Source: Pseudomonadota bacterium (GTDB lineage: Bacteria > Bdellovibrionota_B > Oligoflexia > Oligoflexales > CAIMVM01). Taken from it: 41,341 bases of DNA. A model generated the notes under the pieces. The model did not search any database, was not told the DNA's origin, and saw only the letters and a list, made by a program, of their open reading frames with translations. The DNA lies in the NCBI GenBank assembly GCA_037142195.1, contig JBAXBA010000030.1:1-41341 (forward strand). Reading direction: 5' to 3'. Position numbers and translations under genes: made by a program. This document shows, piece after piece, positions 1-10,148 of this stretch (position 1 is its first letter; every line of letters begins with the position of its first letter).

Positions 1-2
1 GC

Positions 3-107
3 TGGATGAATCACGAAATAGACGCAAAGATTTACACGAGGCATCTAAACAGAAAGGAAAGAAACGTTATAGAGAAAACCGTTGAAGAAGTTGGGCTCTT
101 GAGCTAG
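3..107 (+). CDS. 3' end of an unidentified CDS entering from the left edge
   Basis: Open frame WMNHEIDAKIYTRHLNRKERNVIEKTVEEVGLLS* ending TAG at 105-107; no motif recognised. Confidence 0.35.
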   Translation, partial: WMNHEIDAKIYTRHLNRKERNVIEKTVEEVGLLS

Positions 108-148
108 ATATTTAACTCAGACACCAATTTCCCGACGGTCCCAGCAAA

Positions 149-413
149 ATGTCCCCAAAAATTCAAAATTTGGAGAATCTTGCCATGGATTACAACACTT
201 GTTCTATCATTAAACATTTCGATGGGATTGTAGATCCACAAATAGATCGAAGGAAGCTTCATAATCTTATGGATATGATAGTGATTGCGCTTTGTGCGAC
301 TATCGAAGGCTCTGATTCCTGTGAAAAATATGAGATTTTTGGGAATGTTTAGATAGCATTGTAACAGCTTCTATAATCAGCAAAAACACGGCAATTTAAA
401 TGCGGAGGCTCTG
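149..413 (+). pseudogene. ISAs1-family transposase remnant (N-terminal DDE_Tnp_1-associated region only)
   Basis: HFDGIVDPQIDRRKLHNLMDMIVIALCATIEGSDS resembles the ISAs1 N-terminus (F..l.DPR....K.H.L.dil.ia.ca.i.Gad); stop at 350-352; ISAs1-like right end TTAAATGCGGAGGCTCTG at 396-413. Confidence 0.75.
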
Positions 414-635
414 GTGATTTTGAAGGTTGAGCCAGCACCCAGTAAGCTCCAGACGTCGACGCATTTAGCTAACTAGTTTTGCAGTTTTGGCAGCTTACAT
501 AACCGATCCATGTGCCACACCGGTGCATCAGGTTCGAAGCGACAAAATACCGCTTGGCAACCGTTAACATGACTGGGATTTTTAGAGGGCATTGGAATCA
601 GATAGGCTGACCTCTGATCCAAGGAGAGAGATGCT

Positions 636-3332
636 TCAAGACAGTTCTATGTTTTTCACATAAGTCTCCCAGCGGGAAGCTTCTTTGAGGGCAGTCGCTG
701 CTCTTGGATCATTCACGCGGCAACTTCCATGATACTGGCATCTTTCGCAATGCTTTCCCGGATCCGGGGTAATCATGAGCTCGCTTAAACGCCAAGCTAA
801 GTGCTCTTTAAAACGGTTGAGACTTGACTCAGGAGTAGAAGTCTTCGTTTTAGACTCGTTATAAATGTCCCAGGGCGAGGTTACATTTTCCGTCCGGGCT
901 ACTACAGAAACCTTCGACCCTCGAAAACTCCAGTAAGCTAAAAGAACAGGACTCACTGCAAATGCTGCTGCATAGAGGGGAAGTTGGGGTTTTATGCCTC
1001 GACGGACATCTCTTTCTGAAGGAGATGTTCCTCTTTTAAAGTCAATAATCACATGGCCAAAAGAAAAGAAATCTAAGGCATCGAGGCGCCCTTTAAGAGT
1101 AAGATTTCTCCCACCCACTTCTAGGGAAAACGGGCTAGGCAATAGAACTTCGCGTTTTCCTCCACGCCAATCTTTATAAAGTTCCGATACAAAGCCCGAA
1201 AAATCTGCCCAACCTTTGAGATCCATAAAGGCTCGAGTTGATTCACTAATGGCATACATGGGGGCCCACTCATCTGCAAGGCGGGAAAGTTCCAAGCCCA
1301 TTTCCGCTTGCGTCTGTTTCACCGCAAATTCTAAGGTCAGAGTTTTCGATTTGAAAAACGCCTCCACAACCTTATGTAGCCACTCACCTTCCCCCCTAAA
1401 ATCTTCGTCGGAAGGCCTAAATTGCCAAGCTTTGACACCATTTGATTGTAGGAAATGTTGCCAAGGACACTCAAGGAGTTTTTCTAACTTGGAAGGAGAA
1501 TAAGAAATTTCCTTCAAAGAAGGCTCTGCGCTCATCAGACTGAAATCCAAAGTCTGCTTTTGAGTCTCAAAAAGGATATTTGTATTTTGTGAAATCGAAA
1601 CGGGCTGGAACCGCTGGGCTTTTAAGCGCTCCACGTAACGGGAAGGGACTGTAGGTTGCCCATGTTTCATCTTGGGCCAAGACAAATAGAGATCCCTATT
1701 TTTTTGGGAGAGGAGTCCAAAAGTAGTATCTTCCATAGCCTCGACATATTGCCAGCCTGGCAAATGGGCTTTCTTTTTTAGCCAATCTTCTATAAGCAAA
1801 TCCTTGGGTAAAGCAGCCGGAAAAACCCCTTCTAACATGCCTAAGACAAAGACATGCTCAAAAGGTATATGACGGCATTCCTTTACAGAAAGCACTTGCA
1901 CATCCTGTAACGGATACCCAACCGATCTGATTTCGCCGGTTAAAACCTTTGCGGATAGAAAAGTCCAAAACTCTTTGGGCGAGAAAGGATCAAATACTAA
2001 TTTGGCGCATTGATTCAGGGAATCTAGGATTTTTACATTTGCTGATTCCAGGGATGCTTTGCGGTCCCGTTCGGTTTCAAGTTTGGGTGCATCTAAAAAG
2101 CCGAGGAGCTCTTTCAGATAGGAGAGCCAAGCCCCTAATGCCTTTGGATCTTCCCCAAAACCAAAGCGATCCCTAAGGTCTCCATGAATTCTAGACCAGA
2201 ATTCGCTGTTTTTAGCCTGGTTAGGCTTGACATGCAAATCTTCCTCCGAGCGAAGAGCTAAGTCAATAGCCTCGCGTTCACTGCCCACGAGCAAAGGATG
2301 CATGGCCAACTGGGCCACTTCTAAAAGAGTCGTATTCCTAAAATCCCAACGCGAGACGCTTTCTAAAAGCTCTCCAAGGGGGGTGCGGCTTAGCTTCATG
2401 GATAACGAATAGTTCACCTTAATTTCAGCTGCTTTTAGAGCTGCAAACAACATCGGTCCATAGTTTTCTTCGTCTGGCACCACCACTCCCACGGCAGAGG
2501 GAGGCACGCCTATCTTTATCAAATGGAGGAGACGTTCTAAAACCCAAGCAATTTCTGAAGCCACATCGGGGCATTCGAAAAGTTTAATATTCTTTGATAG
2601 CACTTGAGGAAGAGGCAGTGGATTCTCCCCTAACGCCCTAGCAATGTCTGACAGGGGTCTCATTGGTGAAGATAACTCAAAGGGCTTATTAAGTACAAAG
2701 TCTGCATAAGCGCTCATTTTACTGAGAACCGGAGCGAGAAGGGGCCTGATCGTTGTAAATCCTACAACCACAAGTCTATCTCGCTCAAAATCTTCTTCTA
2801 AAAAGTTCCGGACATTTTCTTTTAAAACTCTGAGAGGTAAGGCAAAGTTTTCTTTAGAGAGACGGAGTTCAAATTCTTCCAAGCAAAGAGAAAGCTCCTG
2901 AATAACGTCTCTAAGGCGAAGCGCACCCGCTTCCGAGCGAAACACATCTTCTTCGATAACCTTATACAATTTAGCAAATACTTCTTGCCCGTTTTCAAGC
3001 ACCATATTAAAAAAAACAAGAATCTCGCTTTCTCTACCCGGCTTCAAATATTTAAATCGGCCCTCATGTAACATCCCTCCTAAAATCAGCTCCGCTGTGA
3101 CTTGATCTACTTCACGAGAAGATGCGATCACCTTCGTTTTGAGGTAGTCTTCAAAGGATAAAAACTTAGGATACCAGAGCGTTTTTTTTTGGGCTGCTAA
3201 ACCTAAAGTTATAAAAGTTGCTAACCTCTGGTTGGGGATGATGACTTGAACCTCAGAAAGATCAGAAAGGTTCAAAAGGCATTCTACTGTCTTTTGAACC
3301 ATACAATCCTGAGGCGAAATAAATTCCATCAT
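636..3332 (-). CDS. addB: AddB/RexB-like subunit with C-terminal PD-(D/E)xK nuclease and Fe-S staple
   Basis: 898 aa; SPSKLEKLLECPW, GRLDALD..IIDFKRG, QLPLYA and CERCQYHGSC (four Fe-S cysteines); degenerate helicase-like N-terminus. Confidence 0.8.
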   Translation of the reverse strand: MMEFISPQDCMVQKTVECLLNLSDLSEVQVIIPNQRLATFITLGLAAQKKTLWYPKFLSFEDYLKTKVIASSREVDQVTAELILGGMLHEGRFKYLKPGRESEILVFFNMVLENGQEVFAKLYKVIEEDVFRSEAGALRLRDVIQELSLCLEEFELRLSKENFALPLRVLKENVRNFLEEDFERDRLVVVGFTTIRPLLAPVLSKMSAYADFVLNKPFELSSPMRPLSDIARALGENPLPLPQVLSKNIKLFECPDVASEIAWVLERLLHLIKIGVPPSAVGVVVPDEENYGPMLFAALKAAEIKVNYSLSMKLSRTPLGELLESVSRWDFRNTTLLEVAQLAMHPLLVGSEREAIDLALRSEEDLHVKPNQAKNSEFWSRIHGDLRDRFGFGEDPKALGAWLSYLKELLGFLDAPKLETERDRKASLESANVKILDSLNQCAKLVFDPFSPKEFWTFLSAKVLTGEIRSVGYPLQDVQVLSVKECRHIPFEHVFVLGMLEGVFPAALPKDLLIEDWLKKKAHLPGWQYVEAMEDTTFGLLSQKNRDLYLSWPKMKHGQPTVPSRYVERLKAQRFQPVSISQNTNILFETQKQTLDFSLMSAEPSLKEISYSPSKLEKLLECPWQHFLQSNGVKAWQFRPSDEDFRGEGEWLHKVVEAFFKSKTLTLEFAVKQTQAEMGLELSRLADEWAPMYAISESTRAFMDLKGWADFSGFVSELYKDWRGGKREVLLPSPFSLEVGGRNLTLKGRLDALDFFSFGHVIIDFKRGTSPSERDVRRGIKPQLPLYAAAFAVSPVLLAYWSFRGSKVSVVARTENVTSPWDIYNESKTKTSTPESSLNRFKEHLAWRLSELMITPDPGKHCERCQYHGSCRVNDPRAATALKEASRWETYVKNIELS

Positions 3333-3340
3333 AGTCTATG

Positions 3341-6300
3341 CTAACTCATTTTTTTCAAAAGCTTTTGTGCCTCTTCAATGGCTCTCATAAGCTGAGAGTC
3401 ATGTCTTTTGGCCCAGTCTTCTGGCGCCATCATCACCTCAATATCAGGAGTTGTTCCTTTATTCTCGAGAGAGTGCCCTACATCATCAAAATGAAAGACA
3501 AACTCCGGCTGACTGGTGATGGTTCCATCTATAAGAGGCATTCTAGGCCATATTCCAATAGTTCCTCCCCAAGTCCTTGTTCCTACGAGAGGTCCAAGAG
3601 AAAGGCGCTTAAACGCATGGCAAAAAATATCACCATCTGAACCTGCAAACTCATTTGTGACGCAGACCATGGGACCTCTTGATGCTAAAAAGGGATAGGT
3701 TTTTGAGATCGCTCCCTTTTGGGACAAATCACGACCGATCACTTTCTGAGTTAAGTAGCGCAGAACAAACTCGGAGGCGAACCCTCCCCCGTTGTAGCGG
3801 GTATCTATGATCAAGCCATCTTTTTGAGATTCAGGAAGAAATCCGCGCATGAATTCGGCAAAACCTTCTAACCCCATGTCTGGGATATGGATATAGCCCA
3901 GGCGTCCTTTCGAACTCTCGGAAACCAACCTTCGGTTGGTATCTACCCAAACCCGGTAATTGAGCGGTAAAAGATCACTCAATGGAATAAAAGCTTCCGA
4001 TCTTTCTTTACCTTTGGCCAACCAAGTAATGGTCGCTCGCTTAAAGGCTTTATGCTCTAAGGAACGCTCCAAATCTCGAGCCTCAGCAAATCTCTCCCCA
4101 TCGATAGCGACAATCATGTCACCTTTATGCAGACCAGCTCTTAAAAGAGGGCTAGAGGCAGAGGCCAGCCAACTGTCTCCTCTCGGAATATCTTCCACCT
4201 TAAAGCATTTCTTTTCGGGAATCCAAGTCAGATAGGCCCCCAGACGCCCTACCAAATTGTCAGAACCTCGACGGGCGTAATCACCGCCATATTCATAGCA
4301 ATGACTCGTTCTTAAATCTCCTTGCATGTCACGGATGACATCACTCAGTTCCCACCTGGTATGGACGAGGTCAACAAGATTCACATAACGGTTATAGACG
4401 GAATCCCAATCCACATCTTTGGGGGCATGGAAATGCTCTTTTTGCAAAATCCACGATTCCAAGTACATGTGTTTCCACTCCTGTCGGGGAGTAACTTTTA
4501 AACGAATTCTTTGCAGGTCAATCCACCCATCTTTTCGGGTATCGAGATCTCCGTCTCGAGGCTTGGCCTCTGTCGAAACAAGCCTCACTCCATCGAGAGT
4601 GCCTAAAAGGAGCGACTTGCCGTCTTTGCTTGGAATTGCTGTGAGCACTCCTTGGTGCCATTCCTCCCACTCCCCATCTCGCAAACTATAGGAGAAGAGA
4701 TATTGCCCCATTCGCTCAGGAGCCCCAGGCTCAGCGCCACGCATATCTTCACGCATAAAGAATGCTTTATCTTTCATGGCGATCACTTTACGCCATCCGC
4801 CAAGAGTTGTGGGGAAGCTTTCCATCCGATTGTCAAGACCTTCAAAATCCACCTTAACAGTTATAGCTTTTTTGGAAGGGGCTCCTTTTTTACTTGCCGC
4901 AGATCGTGATTTCTTTAAAGGTTTCTTTCGGGCACTCGCCCTTGCAGTGTAGTCTTCATACCAATCTTCTTTAGCTCCTTCGTCGGAATCTTCAATTTGA
5001 AGGGGACGAACAAATAAACTCGGAGCTTTTTCATTTAACCGCACGACGTAGGGTCTAACCGCATGGGGAATCATGATCTCCCCATGAAACTCAGCCATTT
5101 CGGCTACGACATCCCTGACACTTAAAAAGTATAAATAGTCGCCCGAATCATCAAAACATGGGGAATGATCTTCAATCACTGGGGTCATGAGCCGACGTAA
5201 TTTACCTGATTTGGAATTCCAAAGATAAATGGCCGCTTGCACCTGATTTTCAGATAGCGACATGGCAAGCCACAGGCCATCCGGAGACCAGGAAAGTCCT
5301 CCCACAGGATTGTAGGGACTCTTTGCAATTTTTTTAATGCTTGAGCCATCCGTTACTAAAACCTCATGCTGTGAGGTAACTAACGCCGCCCATTTGCTAC
5401 CGGAGTGAAACTCCATGATTTTTGCATTTAGGACCCTAAGGAGCTTTTTAACCGGTTTAAATTGTTTTCCCGTAAAATTTAAAACCACATCCAAGCCAAA
5501 CTTATCCACGCCTACCGCCAAAATACCTTTGGCAAAAAAAGCTGCGAACTTAATGCGCACCACTTCGGGATGCTTCAAGTAGTGAAGGCCTCCAGCCCAT
5601 GGCTCCATCACCACCAGCTGTCCCCTAACCACTGCTAGAAGAAGCTTCCCTTCCTCATTAAGATCCCCATATTGTAGAAATCTTTCGGGTTGCTCAAAAC
5701 GTTCCTGGGACTGCTCCCACTGGCTAAAAATCTTGATCTTTAAAGATTCCGATTTTTCTTCCCCCTGATTCAGAAAAAGACGTCCCCCCGCTTGATACAC
5801 GATCTTGCCCTGGTGAACTGAGAAATCTCTTACATAATAGACTTTTTCAAAGGTGATTTGCCTGAGATCCCCACCCTTCAAGTTGGTGGTGTAGATATTC
5901 CCCACCCCTTCATGGTCACTCACAAAATAGATGTGATTGCCATCCATTTTAGGGGCGCCTATATTTGTCGGGAGACTTTTAAGAATTTGGGAAAACGTGC
6001 CACCTTTTTCTTTAACCCAAAGCGTGCCTGCAGTACCCCCTCGATAACCCTTCCATTTTGCCGGATCACCGATATTTCGACCTAAAACCTCAATACTATT
6101 CTTGCTTCGAGCAAAATACTGGCTTGGTCCCAGACCTAATCTTTTGATAGCTCCAGTTTTTAAGTTATAGATATAACATTCGGAAACTTGCGTTTCATGC
6201 TCAGAGACAATCACGAGTTGTTCCAAATCAAGCCAAGCAGCTACATAGGCATAACCCATCCAGGTTAATCTTTTTCCTACGCCACCCTCGGAAGGCATCA

Positions 6301-6514
6301 GGTAAACATCAAACTCACCAGACTGATTGGAGCTATAAGCGATAGTAGATCCATCGGGGCTGATCACCGGAGTGCGCACCCGACCTTTTACCGAAGTCAA
6401 ACGCCTTGCTGGCTGATGGATCTCCGAAAGTTGCACGCTCCACAAATCGTCATCAGTAACAAAGACAAGAAGATTTTTAAATACCGCTGGTTGCGTCAGA
6501 TAGGCTTCACTCAC
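3341..6514 (-). CDS. Tricorn protease homolog (S41 peptidase: beta-propellers, PDZ, C1/C2)
   Basis: 1057 aa; DDLW start, WKGYRGGTAG, TSHCY (His), GYIHIPDMG, DTRYNGGG, AGSDGD (Ser), GTRTWGG; no signal peptide. Confidence 0.93.
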   Translation of the reverse strand: MSEAYLTQPAVFKNLLVFVTDDDLWSVQLSEIHQPARRLTSVKGRVRTPVISPDGSTIAYSSNQSGEFDVYLMPSEGGVGKRLTWMGYAYVAAWLDLEQLVIVSEHETQVSECYIYNLKTGAIKRLGLGPSQYFARSKNSIEVLGRNIGDPAKWKGYRGGTAGTLWVKEKGGTFSQILKSLPTNIGAPKMDGNHIYFVSDHEGVGNIYTTNLKGGDLRQITFEKVYYVRDFSVHQGKIVYQAGGRLFLNQGEEKSESLKIKIFSQWEQSQERFEQPERFLQYGDLNEEGKLLLAVVRGQLVVMEPWAGGLHYLKHPEVVRIKFAAFFAKGILAVGVDKFGLDVVLNFTGKQFKPVKKLLRVLNAKIMEFHSGSKWAALVTSQHEVLVTDGSSIKKIAKSPYNPVGGLSWSPDGLWLAMSLSENQVQAAIYLWNSKSGKLRRLMTPVIEDHSPCFDDSGDYLYFLSVRDVVAEMAEFHGEIMIPHAVRPYVVRLNEKAPSLFVRPLQIEDSDEGAKEDWYEDYTARASARKKPLKKSRSAASKKGAPSKKAITVKVDFEGLDNRMESFPTTLGGWRKVIAMKDKAFFMREDMRGAEPGAPERMGQYLFSYSLRDGEWEEWHQGVLTAIPSKDGKSLLLGTLDGVRLVSTEAKPRDGDLDTRKDGWIDLQRIRLKVTPRQEWKHMYLESWILQKEHFHAPKDVDWDSVYNRYVNLVDLVHTRWELSDVIRDMQGDLRTSHCYEYGGDYARRGSDNLVGRLGAYLTWIPEKKCFKVEDIPRGDSWLASASSPLLRAGLHKGDMIVAIDGERFAEARDLERSLEHKAFKRATITWLAKGKERSEAFIPLSDLLPLNYRVWVDTNRRLVSESSKGRLGYIHIPDMGLEGFAEFMRGFLPESQKDGLIIDTRYNGGGFASEFVLRYLTQKVIGRDLSQKGAISKTYPFLASRGPMVCVTNEFAGSDGDIFCHAFKRLSLGPLVGTRTWGGTIGIWPRMPLIDGTITSQPEFVFHFDDVGHSLENKGTTPDIEVMMAPEDWAKRHDSQLMRAIEEAQKLLKKMS

Positions 6515-6819
6515 AGAGACAACCTTTCAATAATAGGAAAGGGGATAATCCTATCACTATTTGCCCACAGAAAGTAACAAAAGTCACGGATTACCTGAGA
6601 TTCCCCGCAACCTAAAAAGCGATGCCTTTGGTTTGTAGTTTTCCCGCTCAAGGTTGCGGCAGGCGCTCTTTCAAAATCATGACTATAGCTGCTCAAAGAA
6701 AAATCAATCCCCCCCCCAATGCGTTGCCTAGGGAACCCTTTAAGGAAAGTGCCTGACTGCGGACGTATATGGGGAGCTCTCCTCGCTTCCTCGACTTTGA
6801 GACCTAGATGGGCATGCTA

Positions 6820-6890
6820 AAGAGTTTCCACACAAAAAGTTCCCAAACAAAAGTTCTCACACAAATGCTCTCATTTAAAAGCTCCAATTT
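6820..6890. repeat. Five degenerate ~14-bp tandem units (AAAAGYTCYCA...)
   Basis: aagagtttccacac / aaaaagttcccaaac / aaaagttctcacac / aaatgctctcattt / aaaagctccaattt in a divergent intergenic region. Confidence 0.55.
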
Positions 6891-7123
6891 TGAATTGCAA
6901 ATCTAGACTTCCGCCTCAAAAGCTGCCCTCAAAGCTATGTTTCGAGGAAACTTAGGAGCAGGCTCAATTTTCTCGGGAAATAGCCTCGAAGCCTCCTGAA
7001 AGACCTAAAGACAGACTTCAAATTCGCCAGTAACCAGCTGAAATATAGAGCGTAAATGGAAATATAGCACAAATACAGGCCGCACCCCGATAGTTCTTTA
7101 TAACCTCAAAGTGAGGGAGGGGC

Positions 7124-7879
7124 ATGAAAGTTCTATTTTGGGCCATACTGGGAATCTCAGCCGCAAGCTATGCGGATGAGTTCGGTCGTGCCAGTTGGAG
7201 CGAAGTGGTGAACTGCCTTCCCTATATTGCTCACGATGAAACCGGCAAAGGCAAGGACTGCAAAAGATGGATTGAGACTTTGGTGCAGTCTTCCCCTCAA
7301 AAAAAAGCCGGTATCTGTAAAGACCCCGACCGCCTCAGTGGCAAACTGAGGTGTGACGTTTCTGGGGACCTCTGCATGACCAGTGATGGAGCAAGATTGT
7401 GGGCCTGCCGACTCTTTGAATGGGAGGGCACTCAAAAAATGTCGGGAGCTTGGACTCCGCTGGAAGACTGTACCACTGATGCCTTAAAACAGCCTGACTC
7501 AGGAGCTGCTTGCAAAGGCCCCGCTCCGAAATCTCCTATCATTTGCGGAGATATGGACCGTCTCAGAGGAATCAACGGGGGTGCATGCGAGGAAGACGGT
7601 AAGATTTGTCGTACCTCAGATTTATTAAGATCGTGGCGATGTGACCTTAAACAAGAGAAACAGGGCGGATGGATTGAGGTCAGAGGTTGTGGTCCAGATC
7701 GCTGGAAAGGGCCCAAAGACTACCAAGCTTGTCTGGGTTATATCAAATCCCTATACGGAGGGAAATTTCCGCAAAACTGCACTCTAAAAGACCGCACTAC
7801 GGGAATTGTACCCTGTGATCAAAAAGGTAAGCTATGCGTGGATCACCAAGCTTATGGTAGACTTTTTTCATGCCAGTAA
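7124..7879 (+). CDS. Secreted Cys-rich protein with three 6-Cys repeats
   Basis: GGAGG RBS, signal peptide ending ASYA, 18 Cys in three similar blocks. Confidence 0.8.
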   Translation: MKVLFWAILGISAASYADEFGRASWSEVVNCLPYIAHDETGKGKDCKRWIETLVQSSPQKKAGICKDPDRLSGKLRCDVSGDLCMTSDGARLWACRLFEWEGTQKMSGAWTPLEDCTTDALKQPDSGAACKGPAPKSPIICGDMDRLRGINGGACEEDGKICRTSDLLRSWRCDLKQEKQGGWIEVRGCGPDRWKGPKDYQACLGYIKSLYGGKFPQNCTLKDRTTGIVPCDQKGKLCVDHQAYGRLFSCQ

Positions 7880-7906
7880 AAACTCCTAGCAGGAAGTTTG
7901 CCATTC

Positions 7907-8812
7907 ATGATGAAAGAACAGATCACCGATGCCTTATGGTATCAAGAAAAAGCATTTACGGACCAAGGCAGATATTTTGAGTCCTCCAGAGGCCCTCTGC
8001 ATTATCTCGACACTCATCATAAGAATCTCGCTACGTCGCATTCTCCTGGTAAGTTTGCGACCCTTTTTATCCACGGCACCCCGGGTTGGGGTTATGAGTG
8101 GCGACACTTCCTTGGAAAAGACTTAGGCCGCATCATCATTCCAGATCACATCGGTTTTGGTCTTTCTCATCGACCTAAAGAGTTCGTGAGCCTTGAAGAG
8201 CATGTAAGCCACCTAGAAGCTCTATTGCAGAGCCTAGGAATCACTGCGATCCATTTGGTCGTCCATGATTTTGGAGGCCCCATCGGAATTAAGCTCAGTC
8301 TCAAAAATCCAGGTTTGGTTCAAAAAAACGTCATTCTGAATAGCTGGTATTGGCCGTTTCAAGATGCCGTTCCCTCTTTTAGGCTCCAGAAGATGTTTTT
8401 TAAATCTTGGCTCCTGCGATTTCTCTATAGGCACCTAGGCTTTTCTGCGGCTGAATTGATGAAAGCAGCTTGGGGCAAAGCTATTCCTCTTTCCAAAGAG
8501 GAGCATGCTAGTTTTAAAGACATGCAACCCAAACATCAAAGAGAAGGCACAGTTTCCTTTCTTAAGAGTTTAACCGAGTCTGATTCCTTTTACGGCGACT
8601 ATGCTAAAGACCTGAGGTCTCTTCAGGAGATTCCCAGTCTACTCATTTGGGGTAAATCGGATGGACTTCTCGTCAAACAACATCTCGCCAAGTGGCAAGA
8701 ACTTCTTCCTGATCTGCCGGCCATTGTCCTGACGCGAGCTGGCCATTGGCCTCATCTTGAAGAAAAAGATGTCGTCACCGAGACGATTTCGGAGTTTCTT
8801 TTAGGGCCGTAA
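7907..8812 (+). CDS. Alpha/beta fold hydrolase (haloalkane dehalogenase/OleB-like)
   Basis: HGTPGW, PDHIGFGLS, HDFGG nucleophile Asp, GHWPH; ATG 7907 preferred over TTG 7898 on RBS spacing. Confidence 0.85.
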   Translation: MMKEQITDALWYQEKAFTDQGRYFESSRGPLHYLDTHHKNLATSHSPGKFATLFIHGTPGWGYEWRHFLGKDLGRIIIPDHIGFGLSHRPKEFVSLEEHVSHLEALLQSLGITAIHLVVHDFGGPIGIKLSLKNPGLVQKNVILNSWYWPFQDAVPSFRLQKMFFKSWLLRFLYRHLGFSAAELMKAAWGKAIPLSKEEHASFKDMQPKHQREGTVSFLKSLTESDSFYGDYAKDLRSLQEIPSLLIWGKSDGLLVKQHLAKWQELLPDLPAIVLTRAGHWPHLEEKDVVTETISEFLLGP

Positions 8813-8827
8813 TGAGGTTGCTAAAAC

Positions 8828-9484
8828 TTAAATCCAGCCCTTCCAGTGTTCGGGGGGATCCGCTTTAAAAGTCATCTCATTCTTAAGGGTTGGATGCTGA
8901 AACTGCAGTTCTGAAGCGTGGAGCAAAATTTTTCCCTCCAAGCTGTAGGAACTACCGTACTTCAAGTCCCCGACAATAGGCCAACCTCGCGAGGACAACT
9001 GAACTCTAATCTGATGGGGCCTTCCCGTTACGGGCATCACCTGCAAAAGAGATCCTTTAGAAAGTCTTTCTTTAACGATGAAATCCAGGATGCATTTTTT
9101 TCCTTCAGGATTCTTAGGAGTTGTCACCAAAGTCATCCTGCGCGATCGATCTCTCACTAGAAAATCTTCTACATGAAGATCCTCTGGTGGAGAGCCATCG
9201 ACAACACACAAATAAGTTTTTTGAACCGTTCGCTCTCTAAATTGTTGATTGAGTCTTTCGGCTGCTTTGCTGGTTCTCGCAAACAAAACGATGCCTGAAA
9301 CCCCACGATCGAGACGGTGAATAGGTGTCAAGTACACTTCGCCTGGTTTTGCGTATTTCACTTTTACATACTGTCTTAACTCTTCTAAAAGACTTAGGTC
9401 CTTAGATTCATCATTATCGGTTAATTGGCCGCTAGCTTTGACAACGACAATCACATGATTGTCTTCAAAAAGAATGTTAATCAT
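8828..9484 (-). CDS. RluA-family pseudouridine synthase
   Basis: HRLDRGVSG catalytic motif, TGRPHQIRVQ, PIVGDLKYG, LHASEL. Confidence 0.93.
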   Translation of the reverse strand: MINILFEDNHVIVVVKASGQLTDNDESKDLSLLEELRQYVKVKYAKPGEVYLTPIHRLDRGVSGIVLFARTSKAAERLNQQFRERTVQKTYLCVVDGSPPEDLHVEDFLVRDRSRRMTLVTTPKNPEGKKCILDFIVKERLSKGSLLQVMPVTGRPHQIRVQLSSRGWPIVGDLKYGSSYSLEGKILLHASELQFQHPTLKNEMTFKADPPEHWKGWI

Positions 9485-10148
9485 GGAGCGCGCTTTTTAG
9501 AAATGCTTTTAAGGGATTGAGGAGTCCCTGTGGAATTTCATGTCCTCCGTCAAAGCCATGAAAGGAAACCTGAAAATTCTTCCTTGCTAAAAACTCAAGT
9601 AACTGGCGCCCAAATCTTTCTGGCAGAATAGGATCGCTCGAACCATGGCTTTGAAACACTGGCGGCCTCTTGGCAGCATCAGAAATCTTTTCCCAAGTCT
9701 TTACATCTGCTAAAGTGCCGGACAGAAGAGTGATGCCTTTGATTTTAGAGTCGGGATTTCTCACAAAATAATCCATCGACATCATGGCACCTTGGCTAAA
9801 TCCCCCAAGAACGATCCGGTCGTATTTAGAGAGAATTCCGCCTAAAAACTGGTCCAATTCCCGCCTGGCTTCCTCGATACGAGGGGGAGAATAGGACTCT
9901 AAAACATTTAAATCAGACCTTGGATTAGAAAGCATGGAAACAATATCTGCTACCGGAAACCAAATGTGCATATTAAAGTCTTGGCTCTGGCAGATCGGAG
10001 CTTCCGGAAAATACCAATCATAGGACCCTTCCCCATCGAGCATGTCCTTAAGAGGCGCGAGATCGTGGCGATTGGCTCCTGCTCCGTGAAGCAATACAAC
10101 AGCAGTTTTATGATGGGGATCGCTGGGTCCTACAAATTTAAGCGTCAT
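9477..10148 (-). CDS. Phospholipase/carboxylesterase (alpha/beta hydrolase)
   Basis: LLHGAGAN, GFSQG, HGSSDP, GGHEI triad; start at 10148 follows GGAG and overlaps the addA stop; 3' end overlaps the rluA start. Confidence 0.88.
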   Translation of the reverse strand: MTLKFVGPSDPHHKTAVVLLHGAGANRHDLAPLKDMLDGEGSYDWYFPEAPICQSQDFNMHIWFPVADIVSMLSNPRSDLNVLESYSPPRIEEARRELDQFLGGILSKYDRIVLGGFSQGAMMSMDYFVRNPDSKIKGITLLSGTLADVKTWEKISDAAKRPPVFQSHGSSDPILPERFGRQLLEFLARKNFQVSFHGFDGGHEIPQGLLNPLKAFLKSALHD

